Below, piece by piece: positions 62,959 to 64,000 of a stretch of DNA of 64,000 bases. The position numbers and the translations under genes are program-made. Origin of the DNA: Propionibacteriales bacterium (GTDB taxonomy: Bacteria; Actinomycetota; Actinomycetes; Propionibacteriales; Propionibacteriaceae); NCBI GenBank assembly GCA_038317635.1, contig JBBQBP010000001.1, positions 207,957 to 271,956 of the forward strand, read 5' to 3'. Below the pieces are notes generated by a model. The model saw only the letters and a program-made list of their open reading frames with translations. It ran no database searches and had not been told where the DNA came from. Position 1 is the first letter of the stretch. Each line of letters opens with the position of its first letter.

Positions 62959-63116
62959 AGGGGGCCCCCTTTGGTCTACTGGTCGTCACTGTACGGGGCG
63001 GTGGTCCGGCCCACTGACGCCGACCCGGTTTGCCAGGTCGAACCCCCCTCACTCGCCGCCACACCGCCCTCTGGACCATCGACATGGCGAATCGCGCCGC
63101 AACTAGAGTCGAGCCA

Positions 63117-64000
63117 TGAGCGACGGACTCACCCTGGCCATCACGAAGATGCGCGCAGCCGGCGTCACCGACACCGCGATCGCGATCTTCGCCGACTACT
63201 ACGCACAGCTCGTCGCCGGCACGACGGGCATCGTGAGCGAGGAGTCGATCGCACCGATCGGCGACGTGGCACGTCTCGAGGACGTCTCCACCTCGCCCGA
63301 CGACATCGACGCTTTCGGCAAGACCGTGATGATCCGGCTGAACGGAGGGCTGGGTACGTCGATGGGGCTCAGCAAGGCGAAGACCTTGCTGGCGGTACGG
63401 GACGGGCTCACGTTCCTCGACCTCATCGCCCGGCAGGTGCTGGCGGCGCGCGCCCACTACGACGTACGGCTCCCGCTGCTGTTCCTGCACTCGTTCAACA
63501 CGCGCGACGACTGCCTGGCCGCACTGGCCGCCTACCCCGATCTCCCCGTCGACGGACTTCCGCTCGACATGGTCCAGTCGCAGGAGCCGAAGCTCCGGGC
63601 GGACGACCTGACTCCGGTGTCCTGGCCCGCAGACCCGAAGCTCGAGTGGTGCCCGCCGGGCCACGGCGACATCTACCCGACGCTCCTCGACTCGGGCGTG
63701 CTGGAGGCGTTGCTGGCGACGGGCTTCCGCTACGCGAACGTCTCCAACTCCGACAACCTCGGTGCGTCGCCGAGCCCGGCGCTCGCCGGCTGGTTCGCCC
63801 GCTGCGGGGCGCCGTTCGCGGCGGAGATCACGCCCCGTACGCCGATGGACGTCAAGGGCGGTCACCTCGCCCGGCGCCGCTCCGACGGCCAGCTGATCCT
63901 GCGGGAGTCGGCGCAGACGACGCCAGAGGACATGCGATACTTCACCGACCCTGACATCCACCCGTACGCGTCGACGAACAACCTCTGGTTCGACCTGCAG
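63117..64000 (+). CDS. UDPGP-family UTP--glucose-1-phosphate uridylyltransferase (eukaryotic-type UGPase fold); C-terminus beyond the window end (partial)
   Basis: Manual translation from the ATG at 63117: LNGGLGTSMG nucleotide-binding motif, PPGHGDIY, NSDNLGA. Runs off the window, so it is not in the ORF track. The overlapping track ORF 62374-63954 is a wrong-frame shadow. Confidence 0.75.

Noticed and set aside
62219-63961. ORFs 62219-63961 (-) and 62374-63954 (+)
   Set aside because: Both overlap galK and/or the UDPGP gene out of frame. The UDPGP gene (63117 onward, plus) was identified by manual translation with LNGGLGTSMG and HGDIY motifs.
1-64000. tRNA, rRNA, IS elements, integrases, toxin-antitoxin pairs, restriction-modification or known phage-defence cassettes
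   Set aside because: Scanned intergenic regions and ORF products. No cloverleaf-like T-arm/acceptor signatures, no transposase or integrase motifs, no paired small ORFs with TA-like features. The helicase (RecQ-like) and methyltransferase (DUF480 fusion) lack nuclease or specificity partners.

Overview
The window is a 64 kb chromosomal segment of a high-GC (about 70%) actinobacterial genome. Genes are dense on both strands. The high GC content produces long antisense shadow ORFs throughout, and these are rejected. I call about 55 protein-coding genes. No rRNA, tRNA, CRISPR array, IS element or transposase is recognisable. My manually derived coordinates may be off by 1 nt in places.

Most of the content is core or accessory metabolism and transport:
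- a 2-hydroxyacid dehydrogenase and a LysE exporter convergent with a LysR regulator
- an S33 alpha/beta hydrolase
- a divergent TetR/MFS-DHA2 pair
- a type-II NADH dehydrogenase
- a MacB-type ABC ATPase with an FtsX permease
- a beta-CASP MBL ribonuclease
- a glycogen-debranching-N-domain protein
- a kdgK-eda pair and a separate dgoD
- an EfeU/FTR1 iron permease
- FprA
- an SPFH protein
- a GH3 NagZ-like hydrolase
- an ABC/ABC-2/histidine-kinase/NarL-regulator module
- a peroxisomal-type beta-oxidation cluster (acyl-CoA oxidase, TetR, thiolase, a two-domain SDR, a MaoC hydratase)
- Hsp20, a RecQ-like helicase, an ABC-F ATPase, bifunctional PutA, LysR, GalK and a UDPGP-family uridylyltransferase

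The most interesting observations:
1. A tightly coupled minus-strand operon, about 26.5 to 22.6 kb. The three AmmeMemoRadiSam genes (a system of unknown function) are preceded by a Trx2-like zinc-finger protein whose CGPC active site reads AQPS, and by an unclassifiable 296-aa protein.
2. An 890-bp non-coding region, 30.6 to 31.5 kb, carrying two tandem paralogous sRNA-like elements of about 185 nt each. Each has a TTGxxG-17-TAGAAAT promoter, a conserved 5' block and an identical 36-nt GC-clamped hairpin. Both are preceded by arrays of GTGCA(T/C)A boxes.
3. A perfect HAIR operator (for HspR) and a perfect CIRCE operator (for HrcA), side by side upstream of hsp20.
4. A RecQ-type helicase fused to a ComFC-like, possibly degenerate, phosphoribosyltransferase domain.
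5. A low-GC islet with a small orphan ORF next to an internally deleted MFS gene remnant.
6. A 715-aa acidic, disordered, repeat protein co-oriented with NagZ and divergent from a transglutaminase-like protease.
7. A nested 90-bp palindrome between two convergent genes, and a 17-nt motif shared between an intergenic site and an in-frame proline-rich linker of putA.
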